Virus record (IMG/VR): IMGVR_UViG_3300020213_000028 | From: an uncultured virus (IMG/VR IMGVR_UViG_3300020213_000028) | Lineage: Duplodnaviria > Heunggongvirae > Uroviricota > Caudoviricetes | Direction: 5' to 3' (one strand) | Length of the DNA stretch: 64,000 nucleotides | In this document: in pieces, positions 9,635-18,901 of the stretch | Numbering within the stretch: position 1 is the stretch's first letter | Layout of the letters: every line of letters starts with the position of its first letter | Translations under genes and position numbers: made by a program | The notes under the pieces: model-generated | Told to the model about the DNA's origin: nothing | The model's database searches: none | What the model saw: the letters and a program-made list of their open reading frames with translations, nothing else

Positions 9635-10148
9635 CAGGCGGGTCGGTCTCTGGGGCGGGCAGCAACACCATCGCTGCGTCCTCCGAGCCGCCCTCGCCGT
9701 CTTCATCATCGGGGACCCTCACGGACTCCCCTTCAATGATCAGCTTGACCAGCTCTTCATCAGACAATTCTTCGATCTGGGCCACGGTGGTCGCGGCGCT
9801 CACTGAAACCTGCAGCTGCTTGACCTCCGGGGCGTAGTACCCACAAATTTTAGCCACCTCACGCAGCGCGGCGACCATCCCAATGGCCTCCGCCTGCAGT
9901 TTCGCCGCGTCGAAGGCCTCCATCAGCTTGTCTATGACGTCTTTTCTCGAAACGTCACTGACCTTTTCGACCCGAGCGCGCTCTTTTTCGATCGCTTCGA
10001 GGACGCGCGGGGTCTTCAGCAGCCGACAGGCCTCGACTTTCGGAAAGGCGTAGCCTGCCGCCTTGGCCGCCTGGCCCTGCAGCATTCCATGGCGGGCGTA
10101 GTTGATAACGAACGCCTTTTGCTGCGGCATTAGATCGGGGCTGCCCAT
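9618..10148 (-). CDS. terS: terminase small subunit
   Basis: QKAFVINY..QAAKAAGY..RLLKTPRV HTH motif directly upstream of terL. Confidence 0.85.
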   Translation of the reverse strand: MGSPDLMPQQKAFVINYARHGMLQGQAAKAAGYAFPKVEACRLLKTPRVLEAIEKERARVEKVSDVSRKDVIDKLMEAFDAAKLQAEAIGMVAALREVAKICGYYAPEVKQLQVSVSAATTVAQIEELSDEELVKLIIEGESVRVPDDEDGEGGSEDAAMVLLPAPETDPPDGIPA

Positions 10149-10196
10149 ATAAGCGCCTGATTATACGTGAGTCTGACCCCCAGTCTAACAAATGGT

Positions 10197-10225
10197 TTTA
10201 CGTGAAACGAACTTTAGACTAGAAT
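10197..10225 (+). promoter_or_regulatory. sigma70-like promoter
   Basis: TTTACG-17 bp-TAGAAT at the divergence point between the late (minus) and plus-strand genes. Confidence 0.6.
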
Positions 10226-10369
10226 GCAGGTCCTAGCTGTACCCCCTTCAGCAAAAGGCACCGCATGGCGCTGATCGAAATCCACCAGTCCCACTATCAT
10301 GGCGGTGGGGCCCGCCTGACCCAAATCGAGCGCAGTCTTGTTGTTCTACTTCTCCAAGGAAAACTCATC

Positions 10370-10600
10370 ATGAACGACCTTTCCGAACTGCAAGCCAAGA
10401 TGTCCGAGCTGGCCGCCACGGCCGCCGAGAGCAACGCTACGCTGGCCGGCCTCGCCCAAGCCATCCTCGACCTGAAGACCTCCAGCGACGTCCAAGCCGG
10501 CATCGACGAGCTCGTGGCTGAAGCGCAAGCCATCCTCGTCGGCATCGCCGCCGCGGAAGACGCAGCCGACGACCAGCTGCCGACCCCCCCGGTCGTATAA
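10370..10600 (+). CDS. small acidic coiled-coil protein
   Basis: AAGGA RBS before ATG 10370 (the ORF could extend to 10265). Confidence 0.6.
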   Translation: MNDLSELQAKMSELAATAAESNATLAGLAQAILDLKTSSDVQAGIDELVAEAQAILVGIAAAEDAADDQLPTPPVV

Positions 10601-10621
10601 ACCCGCAGTCTAGATCGAACT

Positions 10622-10649
10622 TTAGACCGCTCCGGCGGTCTAATTTTTT
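10622..10649 (+). terminator. Rho-independent terminator
   Basis: TTAGACCGC-tccg-GCGGTCTAA followed by T6. Confidence 0.7.
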
Positions 10650-10671
10650 GTCACCCACCCAGAGAGGAACC

Positions 10672-10986
10672 ATGAAAGTCACGAGACCCCAACTCGAAGC
10701 CCTGATCGAGCGCGCGGACTACGTCTGCTGGCCCAACAGCACCGTCGTCAGCTGCAAGATCACCCTGTACAACGGTTTCAGCGTCCTGGGCGAGGCCGCC
10801 TGCGTCGACCCGGCCGAGTTCGACCTCGCCATGGGCGAGAAGCTCGCCCACGCCGACGCCTTCCGCAAGCTATGGGTGCTCGAAGGGTACCTGCTGAATT
10901 TCGAGCGCTACATCACCCTATGTGAGCCGAGCATCCCCCCCTCCATGACCGCGTTCTACACCGCGCGGGCGAGAGGAGCCAAGTGA
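10672..10986 (+). CDS. N4 Gp49/Sf6 gp66 family protein
   Basis: signature CxITLYNGFSVLGEAACVDPAEFDxxxGEKLA..AFRKLWVLEGYLL. Confidence 0.85.
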   Translation: MKVTRPQLEALIERADYVCWPNSTVVSCKITLYNGFSVLGEAACVDPAEFDLAMGEKLAHADAFRKLWVLEGYLLNFERYITLCEPSIPPSMTAFYTARARGAK

Positions 10987-11928
10987 AAAAGAACATCCTG
11001 TTCCTGCTCGGCAGCGAGTGGCACAACGCCAACCTCGACCCCAACTACAAGTGGCTGGTCGTCGCCACCTACGCGGTGCTGACCGGCTCGGTCTTCGGCA
11101 TCTGGTGGGGGCTCACATGAGCGCCCTCGATCTGTTCGGCTACGCCGTCGGGCTCGCCCTCGGCGGGGCGGTCAGCTTCTTCTACTGGCGGGGCCGCTTC
11201 GAGAAACGAGCTGGGGCGATCCTCGACCTGCTGCGCTTCACCGACGCCACGATCGCCGGCAGCATGCGCCGGACCAAAGCACTTCGTACCCGGTACCAAG
11301 TACTGCGTGCTGCGATATGGAAGTGAAAATGCTGAAGAGTGATTTTTGGTGGTGCCCAGAGCTGGGGGAGCAAGTCGAGGCGGATCGGTTGAAAGTCCTC
11401 CAGGCCCGCCTCGACGACATCATCGGGGCCGCTGCGCGCCTCACCCCTAAGGAAACCGAATGTTAGCTATCGGTTTTTTCCTGCTCGCCTTCGGCATCGT
11501 GACGGCTCTCGTCTCTGATTACGCGAACCCCTACGCCACCAAGCTGGCCTGGTGGGACTGGCTCGCCGGGAACGCGGTCGTCGGCGGGGGCATCCTCGTC
11601 GTCGCCGGCATCGTCACTCTGCTGTGGCGGGTGGCGCCGTGAGCGCCTACCAGTGGAAGGTCGTCCAGGCCGTGGTCTGGTCGTTCGTGCTCGCCGGGCT
11701 TCTCCTCTTCGCGGGGGCGCTGCTGTGAGCGCCGGACGCTGCGCGAGGTGCGAGGCGCTCGAGGCGGGGCCTGCGTACATCGTACGAGGTACCTGGACCT
11801 TAGAAGAGGTGCGGGCGTTCATGGACTCGAGGCCCGACGAACTGAGAGTGAAGTACTCGGTACCGGGTACTTCGTTCGCCGTGGGTCGGCGGGACAGCGA
11901 CCGGCAGGGGAGCCTCGACTTCGAGTGA
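10983..11928 (+). CDS. cluster of small, mostly hydrophobic ORFs (10983-11120, 11117-11326, 11460-11642, 11725-11928)
   Basis: overlapping start/stop codons; hydrophobic stretches in three of them. Confidence 0.5.
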
Positions 11929-12162
11929 TGGCGCCCTAAAGGCGCATATATAGGACAGTAAGGGGGGTAAGGCCTCCTGTAAGGAGCCGCCGGTAGACGA
12001 GTTAGCGACAGGCGGTCGAGACACTACCCGGAATTTCGCAAATATTTTTTTTTGTGAAAAAGGCGTTGAGCAGCCCAGACAGCGGTCCCCCTGCCTCCGT
12101 AGGAGGCTCGGGGCCCGGGTCACTTCGGATTCGGCTTCGCCGAACCCAGAAGGGACCCGTCC

Positions 12163-12541
12163 ACACCCAGTACCCAGCACCCCGTACCCAGTACGAGGTT
12201 CTTCGTACTTGGTGCGGCGCTGGCGCGCTGCGCGCGCAGCAAGCGGTGTTCAGTGTAGTTGATGGAATCCTCCATCAGCACACACCGGAGCAACATCATG
12301 CGCAAAGCAACCAAGAAGCCCACGCCTTCCATGTTCGCACGCGTCGTACGCAGTACCAAGGACGCCGCGCTCAGTGCTACGCACGCAGTGCGTACACACG
12401 TGAGCATCAAGACGGTGGGCACCATCGTCGCTACCGCAGCAGCCACCGCGTTGGCGCTGCGCATCTAGTACTTCGTACCATGTTCCGAATACTCGGCACT
12501 TAGTACGAAGTACCGCGTACTTGGAACTTCGTACTTCGCGC
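12163..12541. repeat. 7-bp-period GTAC-core tandem arrays (largest copies 12170-12215 and 12468-12534)
   Basis: gtacTTCgtacCATgttcCGAatacTCGgcacTTAgtacGAAgtacCGCgtacTTGgaacTTCgtac. Confidence 0.85.
12298..12468 (+). CDS. hypothetical early protein
   Basis: GGAG RBS; basic N-terminus and hydrophobic C-terminus. Confidence 0.55.
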   Translation: MRKATKKPTPSMFARVVRSTKDAALSATHAVRTHVSIKTVGTIVATAAATALALRI

Positions 12542-12624
12542 GCGAGCGCAGTACGCCGTGCGGCTGGGGCCTTCGGGCCCTTTCCGCATGCAGCCGACTT
12601 GGCTGCCTACGCCCGGAGAACACC

Positions 12625-12831
12625 ATGACCAAGCCCCAACTCGAAGCAGCCTTGGCTGCAGCATCCATCGCCCAAATCCGCGCTGAACAACAGCTCGCCG
12701 AAGCACAAGTGCGCATCGACAACGCCATCACAACGTTCAAACGCATGCGCACCGAGAACACCGAGCTCAGCATCAAGCTGTGCGGACAGATCAAGCGCGG
12801 CAACTTGTTGCGCGCGCGGATCGCTGCGTGA
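12625..12831 (+). CDS. hypothetical coiled-coil early protein
   Basis: GGAG RBS after a repeat element. Confidence 0.65.
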   Translation: MTKPQLEAALAAASIAQIRAEQQLAEAQVRIDNAITTFKRMRTENTELSIKLCGQIKRGNLLRARIAA

Positions 12832-12913
12832 CCATCAAGGCTTGTTCCGCGCTGCGCGCGGAGCAAGCCATTTTTGGTGTAGCCGGCTTGGCTACTTCAC
12901 TCTGGAGATTGCA

Positions 12914-13165
12914 ATGCTACTCACCGCCGACGAAGTTCGCCTCGCGAATTGGATCTCCGAAATTGGCGAAGATCCCGCATATTACGAGTGGCAATGGGTT
13001 CGCCTTACCGGCGAACACCTCACCCGCGCACAATTCCACGGCATCGAAACCGTTGTCGACCTCTGGGACAACATGCTCCGCGCCCACTGTGACGGGTACC
13101 CCGCCGCCGCACGCGCCATGCACGACACCTACAAGCTATGGGCTGAGGACGGCCTGCCAGCGTAA
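12914..13165 (+). CDS. hypothetical early protein
   Basis: GGAG RBS after a repeat element. Confidence 0.65.
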   Translation: MLLTADEVRLANWISEIGEDPAYYEWQWVRLTGEHLTRAQFHGIETVVDLWDNMLRAHCDGYPAAARAMHDTYKLWAEDGLPA

Positions 13166-13229
13166 CCATTAGGGCCTCACGGCCCTTTTGGCATGCAGCC
13201 GACTTAGCTGCATTCACTGGAAGAACAAC

Positions 13230-13511
13230 ATGCAAACCAAGGTCGTGCACTGCAAGAAAGAAGCATTCGACGTCTATATCGGGCGCCCAGGAAAATGGGG
13301 CAACCCCTTCAACATCGGCCGCGATGGCGATCGCGCAAGCGTGATCGCAAAGCACAAAGCCTGGATCGTGGAGCAGCCGGAACTCATGGATAGCCTGCAC
13401 GAAATCCAAGGCAAGCGCATCGCATGCTGGTGCGCTCCGCTCGCCTGCCACGGGAACACGTTGGCCGAACTCGCAGATGAGTACGCACCGGCAGCTCGGG
13501 GCGCACCCTAA
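13230..13511 (+). CDS. DUF4326 domain protein
   Basis: VVHCKK..DVYIGRPGKWGNPF..GKRIACWCAPLACHG signature. Confidence 0.85.
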   Translation: MQTKVVHCKKEAFDVYIGRPGKWGNPFNIGRDGDRASVIAKHKAWIVEQPELMDSLHEIQGKRIACWCAPLACHGNTLAELADEYAPAARGAP

Positions 13512-13593
13512 CAACCAAAGGCTTGTTCCGCGCTGCGCGCGGGGCAAGCCATTTTTGGTGTAGCCGGCTTGGCTACATCCACTGGGAGACGCC

Positions 13594-14186
13594 ATGCGTC
13601 GCACCACTGCTTACACGCTTTACTCCTTCGCCGCGGTCCTATGGACCATCGGCCTCACCCTCGCCTTCGACCAGATCCTGGTCGCCATCCTTCACTAATT
13701 GGAGATCATCATGCGCCTCTCTTTCTTCATCGGCTTCACCCTCCTGGCCTTGATCGGCATGGCCGTATCCGGCGCCACGCTCTGGGCCACCGTCGCATAC
13801 TTCGGCCTCTTGCCGACCATCGCGATGTACACCCTCGCCGCCGTTGCAACCGGCATCCAGGTCTACTTCACCACCACCCGGATGAAGTAATGCTGGCCTG
13901 GGGGCTGGTCGTATTCATCGGCCTCGTCATGATCTTCTGGGATCTGAACCCAGTGACCAAGGCGAGACTCATGGGCAGCCCGCTCATCATTCACATCGTT
14001 GTGATTGGCAGCGGCCTCATGATCCACGGCGGATCCGCCGACGGAGCCATGGCAGCCATCTCAAGCGGCGTATTCAGCGCGCTGTACGTGCGCTATCAGC
14101 GCCGCATGAATGGCTACATCAAAGGCGGCGCTTGGTATCCCGGAGCTATGAAAACCCGCGATCCGCGCACCGCAGCAACTGCATGA
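13594..14186 (+). CDS. three small membrane proteins (13594-13698, 13711-13890, 13890-14186)
   Basis: RBS-preceded or coupled hydrophobic ORFs. Confidence 0.55.
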
Positions 14187-14248
14187 GCATCGGGCCCTCG
14201 GGCCCTTTGCGCATGCAGCCAACCGGTTGCACCACCAGGAGCAACGCC

Positions 14249-14578
14249 ATGTCCATCACATTCACGCCCGCCAAAGGCACTGTCGTCACGTACGTCTACT
14301 ACGATGACGCAGCCACCGCGCCAGACCACAACAACGGCGTGATCCGCTTCGAACACACCGAGCCCTCGTGCAACACACACAGCAGCAACGGCATCGACAT
14401 CATCAAGGCCTTAGGCCTTAGAGCCGACTACTGCGGCCACATCCCCGTCGTCAAGCTAACGGAATGCATGCGCCGCCTGCGGCACGAATGGCCGGTCGAA
14501 CTGATCCGCTACCAAGACTCACTCATGCAAGTCATGAGCTGCGCCATATATCACGCCTGCGAAGTGCATTGGGCATGA
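14249..14578 (+). CDS. hypothetical early protein
   Basis: AGGAG RBS within a repeat element. Confidence 0.65.
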   Translation: MSITFTPAKGTVVTYVYYDDAATAPDHNNGVIRFEHTEPSCNTHSSNGIDIIKALGLRADYCGHIPVVKLTECMRRLRHEWPVELIRYQDSLMQVMSCAIYHACEVHWA

Positions 14579-14640
14579 GCATCGGGCCTTCGGGCCCTTT
14601 GCGCATGCAGCCGACCGGTTGCACCACCAGGAGCAACGTC

Positions 14641-15099
14641 ATGTACACAGTCAAAGCGCAAAACTGGATCGACAGCGGCAACGATGACGGCCGTGTGAAA
14701 CGCGAAACTAAGATCGAAGAAACCTTCACCACCCTCGACGACGCCATAACTCTATACATCAAATTACAAAACAAGTGCCAGCCCAACGAACCCGACGAAG
14801 ACTCAGAATACCGAGACCTCGAAAACCTATATCACACGGTGTCCATTTACCAAAATCTCGAAGACCTGTATCACATGGTATTCATCACCTACAAAGGCTT
14901 CGAATTCTGCAGCACCTACTACGGCCTCGGTTTCAGTCCCGACGACGAAGAAATCACCCTGCGGCAAGCGTACATCGAAAACGAAGTCACTCTAACCCTC
15001 AACCGGTTCTGTGCCCTCACAGAACAGAACCCAAACTGCGAACGCTTCCGCGGTGCAGCAAGAAAACTCCTCGAGGCCTTCGCGCACAGCCTTCTGTAA
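14641..15099 (+). CDS. hypothetical acidic early protein
   Basis: AGGAG RBS; short internal duplication DLENLYHTV/NLEDLYHMV. Confidence 0.65.
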   Translation: MYTVKAQNWIDSGNDDGRVKRETKIEETFTTLDDAITLYIKLQNKCQPNEPDEDSEYRDLENLYHTVSIYQNLEDLYHMVFITYKGFEFCSTYYGLGFSPDDEEITLRQAYIENEVTLTLNRFCALTEQNPNCERFRGAARKLLEAFAHSLL

Positions 15100-15182
15100 A
15101 AAACTCAAAGGCTTGTTGCGCTCTGCGAGCGCGGCAAGCCTTGCTTTTTGTAGCCGACTTGGCTACCCAACTGGAGTGAACG

Positions 15183-15335
15183 ATGGACAACGACTCGTGG
15201 ATCGACCGCATGCTCAACGCTTGCACCGATGCATTATGGTGCGATCCACTCCCCGACCCCTTTGATCTGGTTGCCCAGAAAGAAGAACAGCAGATCAAGG
15301 ACATCGGCGAAAACTTCGCCGGACATAAGGTCTAA
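15183..15335 (+). CDS. hypothetical 50-aa protein
   Basis: GGAG RBS after a repeat element. Confidence 0.5.
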   Translation: MDNDSWIDRMLNACTDALWCDPLPDPFDLVAQKEEQQIKDIGENFAGHKV

Positions 15336-15403
15336 CCCACGGGCGCTTCGGCGCCCTTTTTGGCTGTAGCCAATTCCGCGCTACTCACTGGAGAACTTGT
15401 ATC

Positions 15404-16159
15404 ATGACCAACCCTATGAAGTTCGCTTCCGCCCTCCTCCTGGCCCTCGAATCCATGTCGGCCGCCTCCCGCTCGCTCGTCCTGCGCACCTGGGCGAACA
15501 CGAGCACCTTCCAGCTCATCGGCAAGGTCAACAGCGCCGTCACCACCGAACAGGCCATCATCAAGGCCGGCGGCATCGACGCCTACAACGAACTCCGCGG
15601 CCAAGACACGGATCGAGACCCGCCCGCGGGGCTCGAAGCGCGCATCACGATGGCCCAACTCGCGGAGTTCAACGCTGCGGCTATCGGGGCCGCCGACACG
15701 GTCGCCGAAGGACTCGACCGCGAAGAGCGCCGGTTCGCGTACGCCATGCCTCTGACGGACGCATTCGACTTCATGGCCACGCCCAAGAGCAAGGTCACGA
15801 AGGACCAAATCGAAGCGGTCCGCGAGGAAGAGGACTCAATCACCGACGAACAGGCGATCGCCCTGCTCCAGCAGATGCAGCGCGAAGACGCGGCCAAGCT
15901 GGAAGAGAACCGCGAACTGGTCCTGGAGCACGTGGCCGCTGGCCGCTCCGTCCACTGGGACGGCGAACGGGAGGTCGCCGACATCCTGGCACACCTGCCA
16001 GAGAACTACCGCGAGGCGATCATGGCCAAGAGCATCGGCAAGATCGTGGACGAGCTGGCGCGCTCCCTGCCGTACGCACTGAAAGGCGTGCCGGGCGTCA
16101 GCGCCAAGCGCAAGCTGCTCAAGGCCGACCTGCCAGTCATGGAGGCACTGGCAGCATAA
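15404..16159 (+). CDS. hypothetical alpha-helical protein
   Basis: 251 aa, GGAG RBS, strong GC3 codon bias. Confidence 0.75.
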   Translation: MTNPMKFASALLLALESMSAASRSLVLRTWANTSTFQLIGKVNSAVTTEQAIIKAGGIDAYNELRGQDTDRDPPAGLEARITMAQLAEFNAAAIGAADTVAEGLDREERRFAYAMPLTDAFDFMATPKSKVTKDQIEAVREEEDSITDEQAIALLQQMQREDAAKLEENRELVLEHVAAGRSVHWDGEREVADILAHLPENYREAIMAKSIGKIVDELARSLPYALKGVPGVSAKRKLLKADLPVMEALAA

Positions 16160-16165
16160 TTCAAG

Positions 16166-16195
16166 AGCCAAGGGGTCACACCCTTGGCTTTTTTT
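16166..16195 (+). terminator. Rho-independent terminator
   Basis: AGCCAAGGG-gtcaca-CCCTTGGCT followed by a T-run. Confidence 0.8.
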
Positions 16196-16226
16196 ATGCC
16201 GGCGACTAAAAAGCCAGGATCAGACC

Positions 16227-16545
16227 CGACGTAACGAAACCACGTAACGGTCCTAAACGCACGCAAGCCAATGATTTTAAACAAAACCAGAAGCGCAATG
16301 CGAAAATACACATTGTTTCAGGTTCACCTACCGCTCACACACCCACACTACCCACACCCCTATTTGAGTATTAAGTAAGATCATTTTTAAAAATATAGGT
16401 CAACCTAAAACAATGTGAAGTATCGCATCAGCCTATGGCTTTTGTTGATTCTAAAGACGAATTGACATAACGCTCTGAGTTTCGCCCTTTCAAACTTCGT
16501 TACGTCGTACGAAGCATGTAGTACCTCGTACCTCGTACCGGGTCC
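16227..16545. other. putative replication origin (nested inverted repeats around an AT-rich core)
   Basis: 12-bp IR 16227-16238/16496-16507; 22-bp IR (20/22) 16309-16330/16396-16417; non-coding and AT-rich. Confidence 0.5.
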
Positions 16546-16581
16546 ACAGGAACTTCACTCTAACTTAGAGGTCACACCCCC

Positions 16582-17151
16582 GTGATCCCCGCCTTGCGAC
16601 GCAACGCCTATGAACGCTATCCGTGGGAATACCTCAGCGTCGGCGAGTCCTTCTTTACTGACACCACCGGTGCCAGCATCCGCCAGCTGGCTGACGACAC
16701 CGGCCGGCGCCTGGGCAAAACTTTCACCGCCCAACGCGAGGGTACTGGTTGGCGTGTGCGTCGGACTGAACTAAGCCAAGACTCCCGCCGTCGCGCCTAC
16801 GCCCGCTACCCCTGGGACACGCTGAAACCCGATGAGTCCTTCTTCACCGACACCGCCGGCTCAGGCATCCACATCCTGGCCGCCGCAGCCAGCAACCGCC
16901 TGAAGCGAGTCTTCTATGTCGCTCGCGAAGGTGACGGCTGGCGGGTCTCAAGGCGCGAGCCGACCCAAGCGACCCGCCGCCTGCGCCAGCTGAACCCCAA
17001 GATCTTCGACGTCTACCCTTGGAAAACCATGGCTGTAGGCGACTCCTTCCCCACCACCACCTGTTCCGTCGACACGCTGTGCCCTGAGATCGGCACCCTG
17101 CTCGGCCGGACCTTCGAGTTCATTGATGAGCACGTCTGGAGAACAGCATGA
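16582..17151 (+). CDS. protein with three tandem YPW..(L/M)xxx(E/D)SF domains, putative DNA-binding
   Basis: repeats YPWEYLSVGESFF, YPWDTLKPDESFF, YPWKTMAVGDSF, each ending in W(R/V)xR-like segments. Confidence 0.7.
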   Translation: MIPALRRNAYERYPWEYLSVGESFFTDTTGASIRQLADDTGRRLGKTFTAQREGTGWRVRRTELSQDSRRRAYARYPWDTLKPDESFFTDTAGSGIHILAAAASNRLKRVFYVAREGDGWRVSRREPTQATRRLRQLNPKIFDVYPWKTMAVGDSFPTTTCSVDTLCPEIGTLLGRTFEFIDEHVWRTA

Positions 17152-17327
17152 CCCGTCGCGCCGATAAACAACACCGCCTGCAGGCTCTGATCGCTGTGAA
17201 ATTTAGACACCTGGGCTATACAAACAAACAGATCGCTGAGCAGCTCGCCATAAACGTGAAAACCATCCCGGCCCTCATATCTCTGGGAGCTCGGATGGCG
17301 CCCTTCGAAAACGAGAACTCAGTATGA
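17148..17327 (+). CDS. small HTH protein (LuxR/sigma region 4-like)
   Basis: 59-aa ORF below the track cutoff; LGYTNKQIAEQLAINVKTI. Confidence 0.65.
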   Translation: MTRRADKQHRLQALIAVKFRHLGYTNKQIAEQLAINVKTIPALISLGARMAPFENENSV

Positions 17328-17683
17328 CGTCCCAAGAACTAATCGCCAAGCTTGACGAAATCCCTGGAAACGACCCTGAAGTAGCCCACCTCCGCGCCGA
17401 CACCCTCTTACGCGCCTATCTCGCCGAACACAACCCTGCTGTAGACGCTGCCTATCGCCGCGTAAAAGGCCGCTGCGACTGGTGGGCCTACGCTTGAGCG
17501 GCTGGCTCATCGCCCTCACCGGCCTGATCTACCTGTACGTCTGTGGCGAGCAGGCGTACCTGCGCAACTGGCCCCTGGCCCTGCTGTACTTCGGCTACGC
17601 CTTCGCCAACATCGGCGCCTACTGGCTCGCCGTCAAAGGACCTTAAACAGGAACTCAGTTCTAACATTGGAGTCAGACCTGCC

Positions 17684-18049
17684 ATGAACTTCCTCGACGA
17701 AACCATAGACGCAATTCTCCATAGCGGCCACACCCTCACTGACCTGATGTTCATCGGTAGTGAAGCCGTGGGCGATAGCCCCGGCTATTCGTGCACTTGG
17801 GACGAATTCAGAGCCTTAGCTAACTTCGACTATGACAACGGCTACGGCGGACAAGCGATCGCCACCGACCTGATCATCATGTTCACCGACGGGCAAAAGC
17901 TATGGCGCAATGAGTATGACGGCAATGAGTGGTGGGAATTTAGCCACCCCTTTAGCCCGCCCAACGCCCCAAACCCTATCCAGCGCTTCAAAGACGACAT
18001 GAGCTGGGCGTCCCTACACCAACTGCACGAAAACAACGGAGAATACTAG
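17684..18049 (+). CDS. hypothetical phage protein
   Basis: GGAG RBS; DYDNGYGGQ..LWRNEYDGNEWW. Confidence 0.65.
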   Translation: MNFLDETIDAILHSGHTLTDLMFIGSEAVGDSPGYSCTWDEFRALANFDYDNGYGGQAIATDLIIMFTDGQKLWRNEYDGNEWWEFSHPFSPPNAPNPIQRFKDDMSWASLHQLHENNGEY

Positions 18050-18595
18050 TGAAAAACATCAACTGGCCCTTCCTCACCGCCATGCTCGGCCTCGCATTCT
18101 TTTGGGCGCTCGCCGGTGTGATCATGTGGCGCGCCGTACAGTGAACCTCGTACCTAGAACGGAGTACGCACCATGTCCATCCACATAAAAGATCGCTGGA
18201 TACCTGACCGCGCCTTCCCGATAGCTGAAGCCCGCTCTTTTTATGGGCTCTGCCGAGGAAATTTAATGCCCGACGACCTCGATCTCTTCGCCGGCCTGCC
18301 GCTGCTAGAGTGGGGCCCCACCCTGATAACTCATTACCACCCCGCTCCGTACCGTTCGGCGACCTGCCAGTCCAACGCACCCACCAAACTGCTGCTTCCG
18401 CCCTAAACATTCCTCTTGAGGAACCTCCATGAATGTTTACCTTGTTAAAGACGCTACGAACGCCTCTGGGCGAATCTTGGGCGTATTCCGATACCTAGAT
18501 GATGCGGAACATCTCGCCGACGCCCTCGACGATGCCACCATCATCACTGAACGAACGCTCATCTTCGGTCAGGCCTCAATACGCGGATTCAACCT

Positions 18596-18901
18596 ATGAC
18601 TACCTCCATCGCGTATGCCGTGCTGGCCGAACTGGTGGCGATCAGAGAGTGGGACCCCCGCACCATGTTAGCCGCGTCCGAGTATGACGAGTTCTGCGCC
18701 AGGTGTGACGCCGCATGGGCCGCCGCCCGCGCGTGCGTGGCGCGTGGCGATGTGACGGTGCCACGGGAGCCAACCATTGCAATGGTGCAGGCGGGCATGG
18801 GGGCGCATGTGCTGAACGGCGGCGCTGTTGAGTCCGCTCCGCCGATATTCGCCACATGGCGAGCCATGCACGACGCCGCCACCAAGGAGAACACGAAATG
18901 A
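18596..18901 (+). CDS. modular hypothetical protein (ends AATKENTK)
   Basis: shares modules with 18956, 21593 and 22116; VPREPT..M..A motif. Confidence 0.65.
   Translation: MTTSIAYAVLAELVAIREWDPRTMLAASEYDEFCARCDAAWAAARACVARGDVTVPREPTIAMVQAGMGAHVLNGGAVESAPPIFATWRAMHDAATKENTK

Larger units (their letters stand above)
12219..15403 (+). repeat. nine intergenic double-hairpin repeats, each before an early gene
   Basis: copies begin near 12219, 12567, 12839, 13172, 13520, 14192, 14584, 15110 and 15341; layout is hairpin 1, T-tract, TGYAGCC..GGYTRC hairpin, then RBS. Confidence 0.85.

Noticed and set aside
12219..15403. CRISPR array or integron attC array
   Set aside because: The spacers are whole genes of variable length, no cas or integron integrase is present, and no RYYYAAC/GTTRRRY ends were seen
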